From contig JBKCUU010000011.1 in the NCBI GenBank assembly GCA_046318155.1, forward strand, positions 38,922 to 102,921: DNA of 64,000 nt, given 5' to 3'. The notes under the pieces are model-generated. The model had not been told where the DNA came from, did no database searches, and saw only the letters and a list, made by a program, of their open reading frames with translations. This DNA comes from Bdellovibrio sp. (GTDB taxonomy: Bacteria > Bdellovibrionota > Bdellovibrionia > Bdellovibrionales > Bdellovibrionaceae). The translations under genes were made by a program, and so were the position numbers. Shown here one piece after another: positions 38,732-48,783 of the stretch; positions within the stretch are counted from its first letter, which is position 1, and every line of letters begins with the position of its first letter.

Positions 38732-39205
38732 ATGAATGGGAAACCGGTTTCTGCTTCGCAAGTGACGATGACTGAGCTTGTTTTGCCATCACATACCAAT
38801 GCGATTGATTCGATTTTTGGTGGTGTGATCATGTCCTGGATTGATATTTGTGGTGCCATCGCAGCTCAGCGCCACGCAGGCAAAGAAGTCGTCACAGCAA
38901 GTCTTGATGATTTGAGCTTTGTCGCGCCCGTTTATAAAGGTTGGGTCGTCAACTTAAAAGGAAGTGTGAACTTTGTTTCAACCACTTCGATGGAAGTGGG
39001 CGTTCGCATTGATGCTGAAAATCCTAAGACCGGTGAAATCTTTCATACCGCGACAGCCTACCTGACCTTTGTGGCGATCGGTTCAAATGGAAAGCCATCT
39101 GCAATTCCTTCGTTGATTTGTGAAACTGAGGATGAGAAGCGCCGTTTTACTGAGGGCAAGCAGCGCCGCGAATACCGTCTTGCTCGCCGCAAAAAAGCAA
39201 AGTGA
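38732..39205 (+). CDS. Acyl-CoA thioesterase (hotdog fold, YciA-like)
   Basis: LP.HTN....IFGG.IMSWID, SMEVGV motifs. Confidence 0.9.
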   Translation: MNGKPVSASQVTMTELVLPSHTNAIDSIFGGVIMSWIDICGAIAAQRHAGKEVVTASLDDLSFVAPVYKGWVVNLKGSVNFVSTTSMEVGVRIDAENPKTGEIFHTATAYLTFVAIGSNGKPSAIPSLICETEDEKRRFTEGKQRREYRLARRKKAK

Positions 39206-39293
39206 CGTCCACGGGGCGCCGGTAGCCTAAAATCAAGCCCTTGATCTAGTTCTAGGTCCTTACTCTTTACTGAAAAACAGCCGATCAAAAGGG

Positions 39294-40427
39294 GTGAAGT
39301 TTGTCCTGGTGACCGTCTTTATCCTGATGTTTTTGACCTCGAGCTTTCTGGCAGGGGCCGATGAATCCGTGCGTTTGCAAAAAGATCCGAATTACAAGGG
39401 GCCTAAAGTTCAGCCGCCCGTGCTTAAATACATCAAAGCGAGTATGCCTCCGCGCGCGCCTCGATCGCCACCACCGCAATGTTTGGCGGGCTCTCCAAGA
39501 AATCTGAGTTTGGAAAAACAATTTCAAAATTCATCTCGGCTCTTTGGCGTTGGCAAAAAAGTCGGAGAAAAGCCAAGCGAGTTCGCTGAATTTTTTTTCG
39601 AAGCAAAGTCCTCTCGCCATGTGGCTTCGGCCCTCCCCAATCGCCAATTAAAAAAAGCCTGCGTCGTTGCCGCCTTGAAGCGCCAGAGCGGCGGCCCAGG
39701 GTACTTGTGCCGGAGCCCCGCTTCTCAGCCGATTAAAATTGGGTCGGCCAATGAAGCAGGACCTTGTGTCTCGTCTGACATGGCCGAGTATCTGACGTGG
39801 GCAGTGAATTCCGCGGTCGAATGTCTCTCAACCAAAGAGAAGCCACTTGATCCCTTGCTAGTTCTAAAAAAATTGAACAACGAAACGGGTTTTGCTTTTT
39901 TTCAAGCGGGCACCGGGGGCGTTGGAATGGGCCAGTTAACAACTTCGGCCATTGAAGAAATCAATCGGACGTCAAAGCAGACGCTCGCTCCGTTTCGCAA
40001 TCAAAAGAAAAAAGCGTGTCTTCCGTTTCAGCAAGCGCTCTCAAAGCGAGCACCTGCCAGTTCTAATCAGCGCTGTCACTTTTTACATTACTCCGAGGGG
40101 CTGTCGAATTCCTTGAGTTACTCGCTCGCTTATTTAGTTCATTCTCGAGATAACTTGCTGCCAGAGTTTACAAAAGAGGCTCGCAAGTGTGGGATTAAAA
40201 AACAGCAAGTTTTTGATTTGGCGGCTCTCGCCTCTTACGGTCCCGAAGGATCAAGAGTTCAAAGCACGCTTCTTAAAATTTTAAAAAAGACCTGCAAAAA
40301 GCCGGATCTCTTTGTGGCTGAAGCTCAGCGCCAAATTGCTTACCTCAAGCAAACGCAAGTCAAGATGCGCGAGCTTCTTCGTCTTGCGGGCCCCGCCATT
40401 AAAAAACCCGAAGACTGTCTCGAATAG
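39294..40427 (+). CDS. Secreted Cys-rich basic protein with lytic transglycosylase-like motifs
   Basis: Signal peptide; NNETGF followed by GVGMGQLT (E-S/T and GxxQ motifs). Confidence 0.6.
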   Translation: MKFVLVTVFILMFLTSSFLAGADESVRLQKDPNYKGPKVQPPVLKYIKASMPPRAPRSPPPQCLAGSPRNLSLEKQFQNSSRLFGVGKKVGEKPSEFAEFFFEAKSSRHVASALPNRQLKKACVVAALKRQSGGPGYLCRSPASQPIKIGSANEAGPCVSSDMAEYLTWAVNSAVECLSTKEKPLDPLLVLKKLNNETGFAFFQAGTGGVGMGQLTTSAIEEINRTSKQTLAPFRNQKKKACLPFQQALSKRAPASSNQRCHFLHYSEGLSNSLSYSLAYLVHSRDNLLPEFTKEARKCGIKKQQVFDLAALASYGPEGSRVQSTLLKILKKTCKKPDLFVAEAQRQIAYLKQTQVKMRELLRLAGPAIKKPEDCLE

Positions 40428-40470
40428 AGTATGGAGATGGGCTCGATTTGTTGTGGTGCGCGGGCTAGAC

Positions 40471-41733
40471 CTACTTGACGAGATACTCTTTCCACTTAGA
40501 AATCATCGATGGCGTCATTTGGACAACGCAGATCGTGCCCTCTGAACCGGGCTCTTTTCTAACGACCTTTGTGTCGCGCGAAAGATCAAAGATCCGGTGT
40601 TCATCCGTGCGTGGAAAGTACAGCTCGACATCCTCTTGGATTTCGCAGACCCCATCGCACATCAATTTTTTAAGTTGATCCATCCCTTGGCCTGTCAAGG
40701 CTGACACAAAAACCCGTGGGTAAGCGCGAACCTGAAATTGGCGCTGGGCCGGGGCAGCATCAACTTTGTTAAAGACGTGAATCATCTTTTTATCCTGCCA
40801 GCCGAACTCTTCAATCAGTTTTTCAACAACTTCAATTTGGCGCTTCATATTGGGCGAGCTGAGGTCAACCACGTGCAAGAGAACATCGGCTTCTGAGGAC
40901 TCTTCAAGCGTTGCTTTAAACGCCTCGATCAACTGAGTTGGAAGCTTGCGAATAAACCCGACCGTGTCGGTTACGACCGCAGGCGGACCATCGGGCAAAA
41001 AAATCTTACGCGTGGTGGGATCGAGCGTGGCGAACACCTGATTCTTGGCCAAGACTTGAGCGCCGGTCAGCCGGTTGAGCAGCGAACTTTTGCCTGAGTT
41101 CGTGTACCCGATCAACGCAAAAGAGGGGATCTCGTGCCGGCGCCGGGATTGTCTGTGCTGCGCCCGGTTTTTGCGAACGGATTCAAGTTTTGTGCGAACG
41201 AGCGAGATTTTTTCGCGAATGCGGCGTCGATCATTTTCAAGCGCCGTCTCGCCAGGACCCCTGGTTCCGATACCGCCCCCTTGGCGGGACAGTGATTCCA
41301 TCCAAGCGCCAACCATGCGTGGAAGCTGATCCATGAGCTGCGCCAATTCAACTTGCAGCTTTCCTTCGAAGGTCTGCGCCCTGAGGGCAAAGATGTCTAA
41401 GATCAATTGGTTGCGGTCCAAAACCTTAACCCCAATCGAGGTCTCTAAGTTTCGCGTTTGGACGCCTGAAAGTTGATGATCCAAGATGACGATATTGGCG
41501 CCCGAAGATTGCACCATCTCTTTGACCTCATCGACTTTGCCGGTGCCGATGAGGGTGGCCGGATTCCACTGCGGTAGCGTTTGGACCAAGGCGCCGACGA
41601 CTTCGCCCCCGGCCGCCCGAACAAGCTCTTCAAGCTCTAAAAGATTCTCTTTGATTTCAGAGGTGGGTTCAGTTTTCAGACCCACGCCGACGACGATCGC
41701 TCGATCGGTTGATTTGACTTGGACCTTATTCAT
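40471..41733 (-). CDS. hflX: GTPase HflX
   Basis: RGPGET, GYTNSGKS, DTVGFIRKLP, NKVD motifs. Confidence 0.97.
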   Translation of the reverse strand: MNKVQVKSTDRAIVVGVGLKTEPTSEIKENLLELEELVRAAGGEVVGALVQTLPQWNPATLIGTGKVDEVKEMVQSSGANIVILDHQLSGVQTRNLETSIGVKVLDRNQLILDIFALRAQTFEGKLQVELAQLMDQLPRMVGAWMESLSRQGGGIGTRGPGETALENDRRRIREKISLVRTKLESVRKNRAQHRQSRRRHEIPSFALIGYTNSGKSSLLNRLTGAQVLAKNQVFATLDPTTRKIFLPDGPPAVVTDTVGFIRKLPTQLIEAFKATLEESSEADVLLHVVDLSSPNMKRQIEVVEKLIEEFGWQDKKMIHVFNKVDAAPAQRQFQVRAYPRVFVSALTGQGMDQLKKLMCDGVCEIQEDVELYFPRTDEHRIFDLSRDTKVVRKEPGSEGTICVVQMTPSMISKWKEYLVK

Positions 41734-41801
41734 CGGCTACCCAACATCATCGAAAGCTCTCCAGTTCCGCATCCACGGATGTGAGGCGGAGAGCCTTTGG
41801 G

Positions 41802-44150
41802 CTATCCGCGTTTCTTTCTTCGGTCTTTTAAGTATTGAGATTCCAGAGTGGTGAGAACCACTGAGTTCACGATGGCATCGACAGTTGTGGTTCTTTGCAG
41901 AACATTGGCTGATCTTCGGACTCCCATCAAAAACGGGCCAATCACTTCGCCTTTCCCTAGTTGCTGGAGCAGTTTGTACGAGATGTTACTCGACTCCAGA
42001 TTGGGGAATAACAAAATGTTAGCACCCTCTTTCAGATCCGAAAAGGGAAAAATGCGGTTGATAATGTCAGGATTAACCGCCGTATCGGCCTGGATATCCC
42101 CATCGACGATAAAATCAGGTCGTTTTTGTTTAACCAATTCGGCCGCTTTGTGCATCTTATGGGGAGTGCCCTCGGCATTGGTAAAGTTCGAATAGCTGAG
42201 CATGGCAATATGTGGTTTTTGACCAAAATACTCCATGACCCGCGCGGCTTGCAGAGCAATGGTCGAAAGCTGCTCAGCCGACGGATTAAAATTCACCGTC
42301 GTGTCCGCGAGCAACAAAAAGCGATCTTCAAGCAAAACCACATTGAGACCCGAAGCGACGCCATCCTTGCCGGTTCCGATAATCTGAAAGATCGGACGAA
42401 CCGCCTCGGCATAATTTTGACTTGCGCCATTCACCAAGCCATCAGCGTCGCCAAGTTCAACCATCATGGCAGCAAAGTAATTGTTGTCCATCATGAGGCG
42501 CTCGGCCTCGGCCATTTGAACACCTTTGCGGCAGCGGCGCTTGTACAGCTCAGCTGAATAGGCTTTGTATTTAGTCGACGAAATGGGGAGTTGAATTTGC
42601 ACGTCGTTTAAGTTGCGCAAATCCAAAAGTTTAATCTTTTCGCGAACACGGTCAGGATTGCCGAGCAAGATGGGTTCGCAAATTTTCTCCTCAACCAGCA
42701 CCGAGAGTGCTTTGAGGATTTTTGAGCTTGTGCCCTCAGGAAACACGATTTTAGGAGCGCCTCCGCCATCCGCAGCCGTGTTGGCGCGAACTTTGTGAAT
42801 CGCACTGCGGATAAAAACTTTCGAAGGGCCTTGAAAGGATTCCAGCGTGTCACGGTAAGCGTCGAAGTCCGTGATATTTTTTTGTGCAACACCAGAATCC
42901 ATGGCGGCTTTGGCCACCGCCGGAGCAACCCAAAGCAAAACGCGGGGATCGAAGGGTTTGGGAATCAGGTACTCGGCGCCGTACTTAAATGATTTGCCGC
43001 CGTAGCTGGCCGAAACTTGATCGGGGACATCTTCGCGGGCCAAGCGGGCCAAGGCATGACAAGCGGCCAGCTTCATCTCTTCATTGATTTGTGTTGCACG
43101 CGTGTCTAAAGCGCCGCGAAAGATCGACGGAAAGCCCAAGACGTTGTTGACCTGATTGGGGTAATCCGAACGCCCTGTTGCCATGATCGCATCGGGCCGG
43201 GATTCTCTGACTTTATCCGGAGAGATCTCTGGATCAGGATTGGCCATTGCAAAAATAATGGGGTTCTTCGCCATCGGCTTAATCATTTCGCCCGTGACTG
43301 CGCCGGCCACGGACAGTCCAACAAAGCAATCGGCATGAACCAAAGCCTGCGTGAGTGTGCGAGCTTCGGTATCCACGGCGAAATACTCTTTGTAAGAATT
43401 CATCCCGTTTTTGCGCCCCTTGTAAATGACGCCTGAGCTGTCGCACATTAAAAGGTTTTCGCGGCGAACGCCAAGATGGATAAAGATTTTAGAGCAGGCC
43501 ATGGCCGAAGCGCCGGCACCGTTGACCACGATTCTGAGGTCTTCAAGTTTGCGGCCCGTCACGTGGCAAGCATTGATGAGGGCCGCGCCCGAGACGATGG
43601 CGGTTCCATGCTGGTCATCGTGAAAGACGGGGATCTTCATTTCTTTTTTAAGGCGCTCTTCAATTTCAAAGCACTCGGGCGCTTTGATGTCTTCAAGATT
43701 GATTCCGCCAAAGGTCGGTTCGAGCGCCTTAATGGCCGCGATCGTCGATTCAACATCCTGTGTGTTCAGCTCAAGGTCAAAAACATCGATGCCGGCAAAT
43801 TGCTTAAACAAGATGCCTTTGCCTTCCATGACGGGTTTGGAAGCCAGTGGGCCGATGTTCCCTAGACCAAGAACGGCGGTTCCGTCTGAGATCACCGCAA
43901 CTAAGTTTCCCTTGGCCGTGTAATCGTAAACTTTGGCGGGGTCTTTGGCGATCACGCGGCAAGGGACCGCGACGCCGGGAGAGTAAGCAAGACTTAAAGC
44001 TTTTTCGGTATTCGTTGGTTTACTCGATTGAATTTCGATTTTTCCGGGTTTGCCTTTGGAGTGAAAATCGAGGGCTTCCTGTTCAAATTGGGTCCAGGTC
44101 GTCTCGGTTCGTGCTTCTTTAGTTTTGTCGGCAATCTTGTCTGAACCCAT
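41802..44150 (-). CDS. maeB: NADP-dependent malic enzyme fused to a PTA-like domain
   Basis: [34 protein letters not shown]-terminal PTA-like domain. Confidence 0.96.
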   Translation of the reverse strand: MGSDKIADKTKEARTETTWTQFEQEALDFHSKGKPGKIEIQSSKPTNTEKALSLAYSPGVAVPCRVIAKDPAKVYDYTAKGNLVAVISDGTAVLGLGNIGPLASKPVMEGKGILFKQFAGIDVFDLELNTQDVESTIAAIKALEPTFGGINLEDIKAPECFEIEERLKKEMKIPVFHDDQHGTAIVSGAALINACHVTGRKLEDLRIVVNGAGASAMACSKIFIHLGVRRENLLMCDSSGVIYKGRKNGMNSYKEYFAVDTEARTLTQALVHADCFVGLSVAGAVTGEMIKPMAKNPIIFAMANPDPEISPDKVRESRPDAIMATGRSDYPNQVNNVLGFPSIFRGALDTRATQINEEMKLAACHALARLAREDVPDQVSASYGGKSFKYGAEYLIPKPFDPRVLLWVAPAVAKAAMDSGVAQKNITDFDAYRDTLESFQGPSKVFIRSAIHKVRANTAADGGGAPKIVFPEGTSSKILKALSVLVEEKICEPILLGNPDRVREKIKLLDLRNLNDVQIQLPISSTKYKAYSAELYKRRCRKGVQMAEAERLMMDNNYFAAMMVELGDADGLVNGASQNYAEAVRPIFQIIGTGKDGVASGLNVVLLEDRFLLLADTTVNFNPSAEQLSTIALQAARVMEYFGQKPHIAMLSYSNFTNAEGTPHKMHKAAELVKQKRPDFIVDGDIQADTAVNPDIINRIFPFSDLKEGANILLFPNLESSNISYKLLQQLGKGEVIGPFLMGVRRSANVLQRTTTVDAIVNSVVLTTLESQYLKDRRKKRG

Positions 44151-44334
44151 GGTGTCCTCACTCTGGTCTAAAGATGAATAAGAACTCTAGTTCTGCCCGT
44201 GGTCCAGGGTCAAAGCTCATCGCGGCCTGGCACGTTGCCGCAACAAGTCTTAATCTTTGAGGATTTCCCCAATCGCCTCTGAGCTGGTTACACTGTTACC
44301 CGTATCCTAAAACCCCCAAGGAATCGGAGGACTC

Positions 44335-45675
44335 ATGTCTGCACGTGACGTCGTCATCGTCGACGGACTCAGAACGCCCTTTGCGAAAGCCGGCACGAAG
44401 CTGGCCAAGGTCCACCCAGCCGAGCTGGGCAAAGTGGCGCTCAAAGAGCTCGTCAATAAAACCAATCTTGATGTCAACAAAGTCGAAGAGGTCATCATCG
44501 GAAACACGGGCAATCCCGTGGATGCCGTCAACATCTCACGCGTCGTTGCGCTGAATGCGGGTTTTCCAATTCAGACCTCGGCGTACACGGTCCACCGAAA
44601 CTGTGCTTCGGCGCTTGAGTCGATCAGTCATGGCTATGAAAAAATCAAATCCGGAACGATGGATATGATCATTGCCGGAGGAACCGAAAACATGTCGCAA
44701 ATGCCCGTGCTACTGCCGCAAAAGTTTCAGGACTTGTTCGGTCAGTTGTTTGCGGCCAAGGGTCCAGGTCAAGCGTTGCCCTTGCTGTGGCAACTTTTTA
44801 AGTATGATCTCAAGCAAATCAAAGCCCTGTTGTCGGCCAATCAGCGTGACGAATTTTTTCCGATCATCGCCGTGATGAAAGGTCTGACGGATCCTTTTGT
44901 TGGAATCAACATGGGTCAGACCGCCGAAATTTTGGCCAAAGAGTGGGGTCTTTCGCGTGAAACGCAAGACCGCTGGGCATTGCGCTCACACCAGTTGGCG
45001 GCCAAAGCCATCAAAGAGGGACGTCTGAAAGACGAAGTTGTGCCTGTGTCGCTCGCACCCAAGTACGAAGAGACTTTGCTTGAGGATAATGGGCCCCGTG
45101 AAAATCAAAGTATGGAAGCACTCGCAAAACTAAAGCCGTTCTTCGATAAAAAAACGGGTTCGATCACGCCTGGTAACGCGTGCCCCATTACAGATGGAGC
45201 GGCGATGCTTTTGATGATGAGCCGAGAAAAAGCACAACAGCTGGGTTATCAGCCTTTGGCTAAAATTCGTGGCTATGCGTTTGCTGGCTTAGAGCCCGAG
45301 CGCATGGGGCTGGGGCCCGTGTACGCAACGCCGATTGCCCTTAAGCGTGCGGGTCTCTCGATGAAAGAGATCGGATTGGTTGAATTGAATGAAGCCTTTG
45401 CTGCGCAAGTCCTTGCCTGCCAAAAAGCCTTTGATTCGGACGAGTTCGCAAAAACAAAGTTGGGTCTCTCGGGTAAAGTTGGGGAGATCACGGACGATAA
45501 GCTCAACGTCAACGGCGGCGCCATCGCGATCGGTCACCCCGTCGGCGCGACGGGCACACGTCTCGTCGTGACATTAATGAAGGAAATGAAGCGCCGAAAT
45601 GTCCAATTTGGCTTAGCCACGCTGTGCATCGGTGGCGGTCAAGGCGGCGCCATGGTCATCGAGACGGAAGGATAG
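44335..45675 (+). CDS. Acetyl-CoA C-acyltransferase (thiolase)
   Basis: RNCASA, NEAFA, GHPVGATG, LCIGGGQG motifs. Confidence 0.95.
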   Translation: MSARDVVIVDGLRTPFAKAGTKLAKVHPAELGKVALKELVNKTNLDVNKVEEVIIGNTGNPVDAVNISRVVALNAGFPIQTSAYTVHRNCASALESISHGYEKIKSGTMDMIIAGGTENMSQMPVLLPQKFQDLFGQLFAAKGPGQALPLLWQLFKYDLKQIKALLSANQRDEFFPIIAVMKGLTDPFVGINMGQTAEILAKEWGLSRETQDRWALRSHQLAAKAIKEGRLKDEVVPVSLAPKYEETLLEDNGPRENQSMEALAKLKPFFDKKTGSITPGNACPITDGAAMLLMMSREKAQQLGYQPLAKIRGYAFAGLEPERMGLGPVYATPIALKRAGLSMKEIGLVELNEAFAAQVLACQKAFDSDEFAKTKLGLSGKVGEITDDKLNVNGGAIAIGHPVGATGTRLVVTLMKEMKRRNVQFGLATLCIGGGQGGAMVIETEG

Positions 45676-45697
45676 CCCGGTGAATAAGGAGAGCAAC

Positions 45698-47827
45698 ATG
45701 CAAGACAGCATTCGAATTGTTCCTCAAGGTGAGTTTGCATTGGTTGAATTTGATATGGCCGGCGAGAAGGTGAATAAGTTCAGCACCGCAATGATGACTC
45801 GCCTGCGAGCGGTCATTGCCGAACTTCACAAATCTTCTTACAAAGCCGTCATCTTTGTGTCTACAAAGCCCAAGATCTATATTGCCGGCGCGGACATCGA
45901 AGAGATCAAACACCTGACGACCAAAGAGGCTGTGGATGCAGCCGTCATGGGCGGGCAAAGTGTGTTTAACGAGCTTGAAGATCTTCCGATGACCACCATC
46001 GCGGCCGTTCATGGTGCGTGTGCGGGTGGCGGCTGTGAGTTTATAATGGCCTGTGATTTTCGAATCGCCAGTGAAGACACTTCGACTCGAATCGGACTTC
46101 CCGAGACCAAGCTGGGCATTATTCCTGGTTTTGGTGGCTGCGTGCGCATGCCCCGAATCATGGGACTTCAGGCCTCGCTCGATGTGATTTTGAACGGAAA
46201 GTTGCTCAATGCCAAGAAGGCCGAAAAAACGGGGCTTGTTGACATGGCCGTGCATCCGTCGATCTTGATGGAACAAGCATTCAAAATGGCGAAAGAAAAG
46301 GCCGGACAAAAGCGTCGCAAAACTTTTAAAGCCGTGGGTCTTCAGAGTGTCTTGCTTGAGGGTATCGCGAAAGGAATCGTCTTTTCGCAAGCGCGCAAGA
46401 CAGTTTTGAAAATGACCCATGGGCATTACCCCGCTCCGCTCAAAGCGATTGAGGCAATTAAAAAAACTTACGGAATGAGTGACCGTGCACGGGCGCTGGA
46501 AATTGAGCGCACCGAGTTTATCGATTGCGCGCTCACCGATATCTCAAAAAACTTGATTCACGTGTTTTACCTGACCGAGATGGTGAAAAAACAAACGGGC
46601 GTCGCAAGCGCCAACGTTAAAGCCAAAGACGTCAAGCATTTGGGGATTTTGGGTGCCGGCACGATGGGCGGCGGGATCGCTTTTGTGGCGGCCGATAAAG
46701 GCGTTGATGTGCGCATGAAGGACATTAACTTCGATGCTATTGGTAAAGGACTCAAGCATGCCCGCGATTTGTGGATGAAGTTGGTAAAGAAGAAAGTCAT
46801 TACGACTTATGAATTTCAACAAAAGATGGACCGGGTGAGCGGGACGGTTGATTTTTCGGGTTTTGGTCTTTTGGATGTAGTGGTCGAAGCTATCGTCGAA
46901 GATATGGAAATTAAGAAAAAAGTCATCGCGCAAACCGCAGCTCAAATGCGGCCCGATGCCATCATTGCCACGAATACTTCTTCACTCAGCGTGACCGAAA
47001 TGCAAAGTGCTCACCCTCGGCCTGAGTTCTTTGCGGGGATGCACTTTTTTAATCCCGTTCAGAAGATGCCGCTCGTTGAAGTTATTCGCGGTGAGAAAAC
47101 GGGCGATGAGGCGATCGCAACTATTTTTGAATTGTCGAAAAAAATGGGGAAGATGCCCGTCGTCGTTAAAGATGGACCCGGCTTTTTGGTGAATCGTTTG
47201 CTTTTGCCTTACATGGCTGAGGCGGCCTTTCTGATGCAAGAGGGAATGGACATTAAAAGAGTCGACACTGCTTACGTGAAAGAGTTTGGTATGCCCATGG
47301 GGCCCTTTGCCTTGATGGACGAAGTCGGTCTTGATGTTTGCATGAAGGTTCTCAAAATCTTCAAAAAGGCGTTTGGCGATCGAATCGAGATTGCTCCGAT
47401 CATGGATAAACTCGAAAAATCGGGTCGATTGGGTAAGAAAAATGGCAAGGGCTTTTATAAATATGACGACAAAGGTTACCGCACTGAAGTTGACGAGACG
47501 GTCTATGCTGATTTGGGCTTAGGGGCGCCCACCAATCCTCACCCCAATCAAGAATGCATCGAGCGCGGCGTGTTTGCGATGATCAATGAGTGCTCGTTGG
47601 CTTTGCTTGAGGATCATATCGTCAACACGCCCAGTGAAGTTGACTTGGCCATGATCATGGGAACGGGGTTTCCGCCCTTCCGCGGTGGTCTTTTGAAGTA
47701 TGCCGATAGCATCGGGACCCCGTACATCGTCGGTCAGCTCGAGAAGTACGCGGCCAAAGGGGCGAAGCGCTTGACTCCCGCGAAGACTCTGCGATCAGCG
47801 ACTCGTTTCTACAACGACAAAGCCTAA
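45698..47827 (+). CDS. Fatty acid oxidation complex alpha subunit (FadJ/FadB-type)
   Basis: Crotonase domain (AGADI, GGGCE, LPE.KLG) plus HAD domain (GAGTMGGG, GMHFFNP). Confidence 0.93.
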   Translation: MQDSIRIVPQGEFALVEFDMAGEKVNKFSTAMMTRLRAVIAELHKSSYKAVIFVSTKPKIYIAGADIEEIKHLTTKEAVDAAVMGGQSVFNELEDLPMTTIAAVHGACAGGGCEFIMACDFRIASEDTSTRIGLPETKLGIIPGFGGCVRMPRIMGLQASLDVILNGKLLNAKKAEKTGLVDMAVHPSILMEQAFKMAKEKAGQKRRKTFKAVGLQSVLLEGIAKGIVFSQARKTVLKMTHGHYPAPLKAIEAIKKTYGMSDRARALEIERTEFIDCALTDISKNLIHVFYLTEMVKKQTGVASANVKAKDVKHLGILGAGTMGGGIAFVAADKGVDVRMKDINFDAIGKGLKHARDLWMKLVKKKVITTYEFQQKMDRVSGTVDFSGFGLLDVVVEAIVEDMEIKKKVIAQTAAQMRPDAIIATNTSSLSVTEMQSAHPRPEFFAGMHFFNPVQKMPLVEVIRGEKTGDEAIATIFELSKKMGKMPVVVKDGPGFLVNRLLLPYMAEAAFLMQEGMDIKRVDTAYVKEFGMPMGPFALMDEVGLDVCMKVLKIFKKAFGDRIEIAPIMDKLEKSGRLGKKNGKGFYKYDDKGYRTEVDETVYADLGLGAPTNPHPNQECIERGVFAMINECSLALLEDHIVNTPSEVDLAMIMGTGFPPFRGGLLKYADSIGTPYIVGQLEKYAAKGAKRLTPAKTLRSATRFYNDKA

Positions 47828-47849
47828 GCTCATCCTCTTCATTAAGAAC

Positions 47850-47885
47850 TAAAGCGGAGACCGACAGGGGTGTCCGCTTTTATTT
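47850..47885 (+). terminator. Intrinsic terminator after the fad operon
   Basis: AAAGCGGA...TCCGCTTT stem followed by TATTT. Confidence 0.7.
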
Positions 47886-47920
47886 GATGGGCGGCGGCTT
47901 TGGCAGTGGGCTTGGCGCCT

Positions 47921-47962
47921 CCGACTAAACTCTACCGACTAAACTCTACCGACTAAACTCTA
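47921..47962. repeat. Tandem repeat, 3 x 14 bp (CCGACTAAACTCTA)
   Basis: Three perfect units, intergenic. Confidence 0.95.
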
Positions 47963-48000
47963 GACACCTGAGTCCCAGAAGCGGCGCTTCTTTGTTGCCT

Positions 48001-48015
48001 GTCTCAAACTGAGAC
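48001..48015. promoter_or_regulatory. Palindrome GTCTCA-AAC-TGAGAC, candidate activator site
   Basis: Perfect inverted repeat about 30 bp upstream of the sigma54 motif. Confidence 0.45.
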
Positions 48016-48043
48016 GACAAAAACCTCCAGATTCAAGCACTCG

Positions 48044-48058
48044 CGGCACGAGCCTTGC
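48044..48058 (+). promoter_or_regulatory. Sigma54 promoter
   Basis: CGGCACG-AGCC-TTGC, near-consensus -24/-12. Confidence 0.7.
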
Positions 48059-48150
48059 CTAGGTAAAGGCAAAGGTAAGGCAACGGTCCCCAAGTGTAAC
48101 GAAGATCGCAGTTTGGGGGTCTGAAAAAGACCATAAGAATGGAGAATGTT

Positions 48151-48780
48151 ATGAATGTTGTCAAAAAAAGTACAATGCTTCCCTTGCTTCTCCTGACCCT
48201 CATGGCAGTTTCGGTTGGTTGCAACAAGAAGTCCGATAACGGCGCACCGATCACAACTCGTGGTGCTCGCACGAATAGCATTCCTAATCAGTACCAAGCC
48301 CAGGGTTACTTCTACACAGCTTCGACGGGCCGCGTGTACGGCAACTCCTATAACTTTGAACAAGCCACCAAGACATTTTTGTCTCCCACCATCAGTCCCG
48401 AGTCGGTCGGTTCAATCGACACACAGAACAGCGTTTTTCTTCGTGGCTACGTTGAGGTTGATTATTCAGGAAATGTTGTGCCTGGTCGTTCTACAATATC
48501 CATCGAAATTCGCGATTCATATGCGGGCGGGGATGACAATGGACAAACTGTTCCCGCGATCAATGTGAATATGGCAGCAGTGAGCGGCCGTGCTTATGGC
48601 GGGCAAGTGAACCTTATTTTTCGCGACAATTACTCAACTGTAACGATGGTTGGAAACTTTTCGAACGGCTCTGGCGGGAATCAATTTACCGGTCAAATTA
48701 GTTTTCAGAACAATGGTGCCTCTCAGCAAACCTGGGGGAATTTCCAGATTGACACGTGCGGGTTCTTTCGTTGTCAATAG
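48151..48780 (+). CDS. Hypothetical lipoprotein
   Basis: Lipobox SVGC; Asn/Gly/beta-rich; C-terminal CGFFRC; start could be 48139. Confidence 0.8.
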   Translation: MNVVKKSTMLPLLLLTLMAVSVGCNKKSDNGAPITTRGARTNSIPNQYQAQGYFYTASTGRVYGNSYNFEQATKTFLSPTISPESVGSIDTQNSVFLRGYVEVDYSGNVVPGRSTISIEIRDSYAGGDDNGQTVPAINVNMAAVSGRAYGGQVNLIFRDNYSTVTMVGNFSNGSGGNQFTGQISFQNNGASQQTWGNFQIDTCGFFRCQ

Positions 48781-48783
48781 GGC

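Noticed and set aside
44228..44243. TGGCACG sigma54-like site upstream of the thiolase
   Set aside because: GG-to-GC spacing is 9, not 10
45656..46426. 256-aa antisense ORF, and the many other shadow ORFs in the track
   Set aside because: They lie opposite or within well-conserved genes and have no recognisable motifs
47921..47962. CRISPR array
   Set aside because: Units are 14 bp and contiguous, with no spacers and no cas genes
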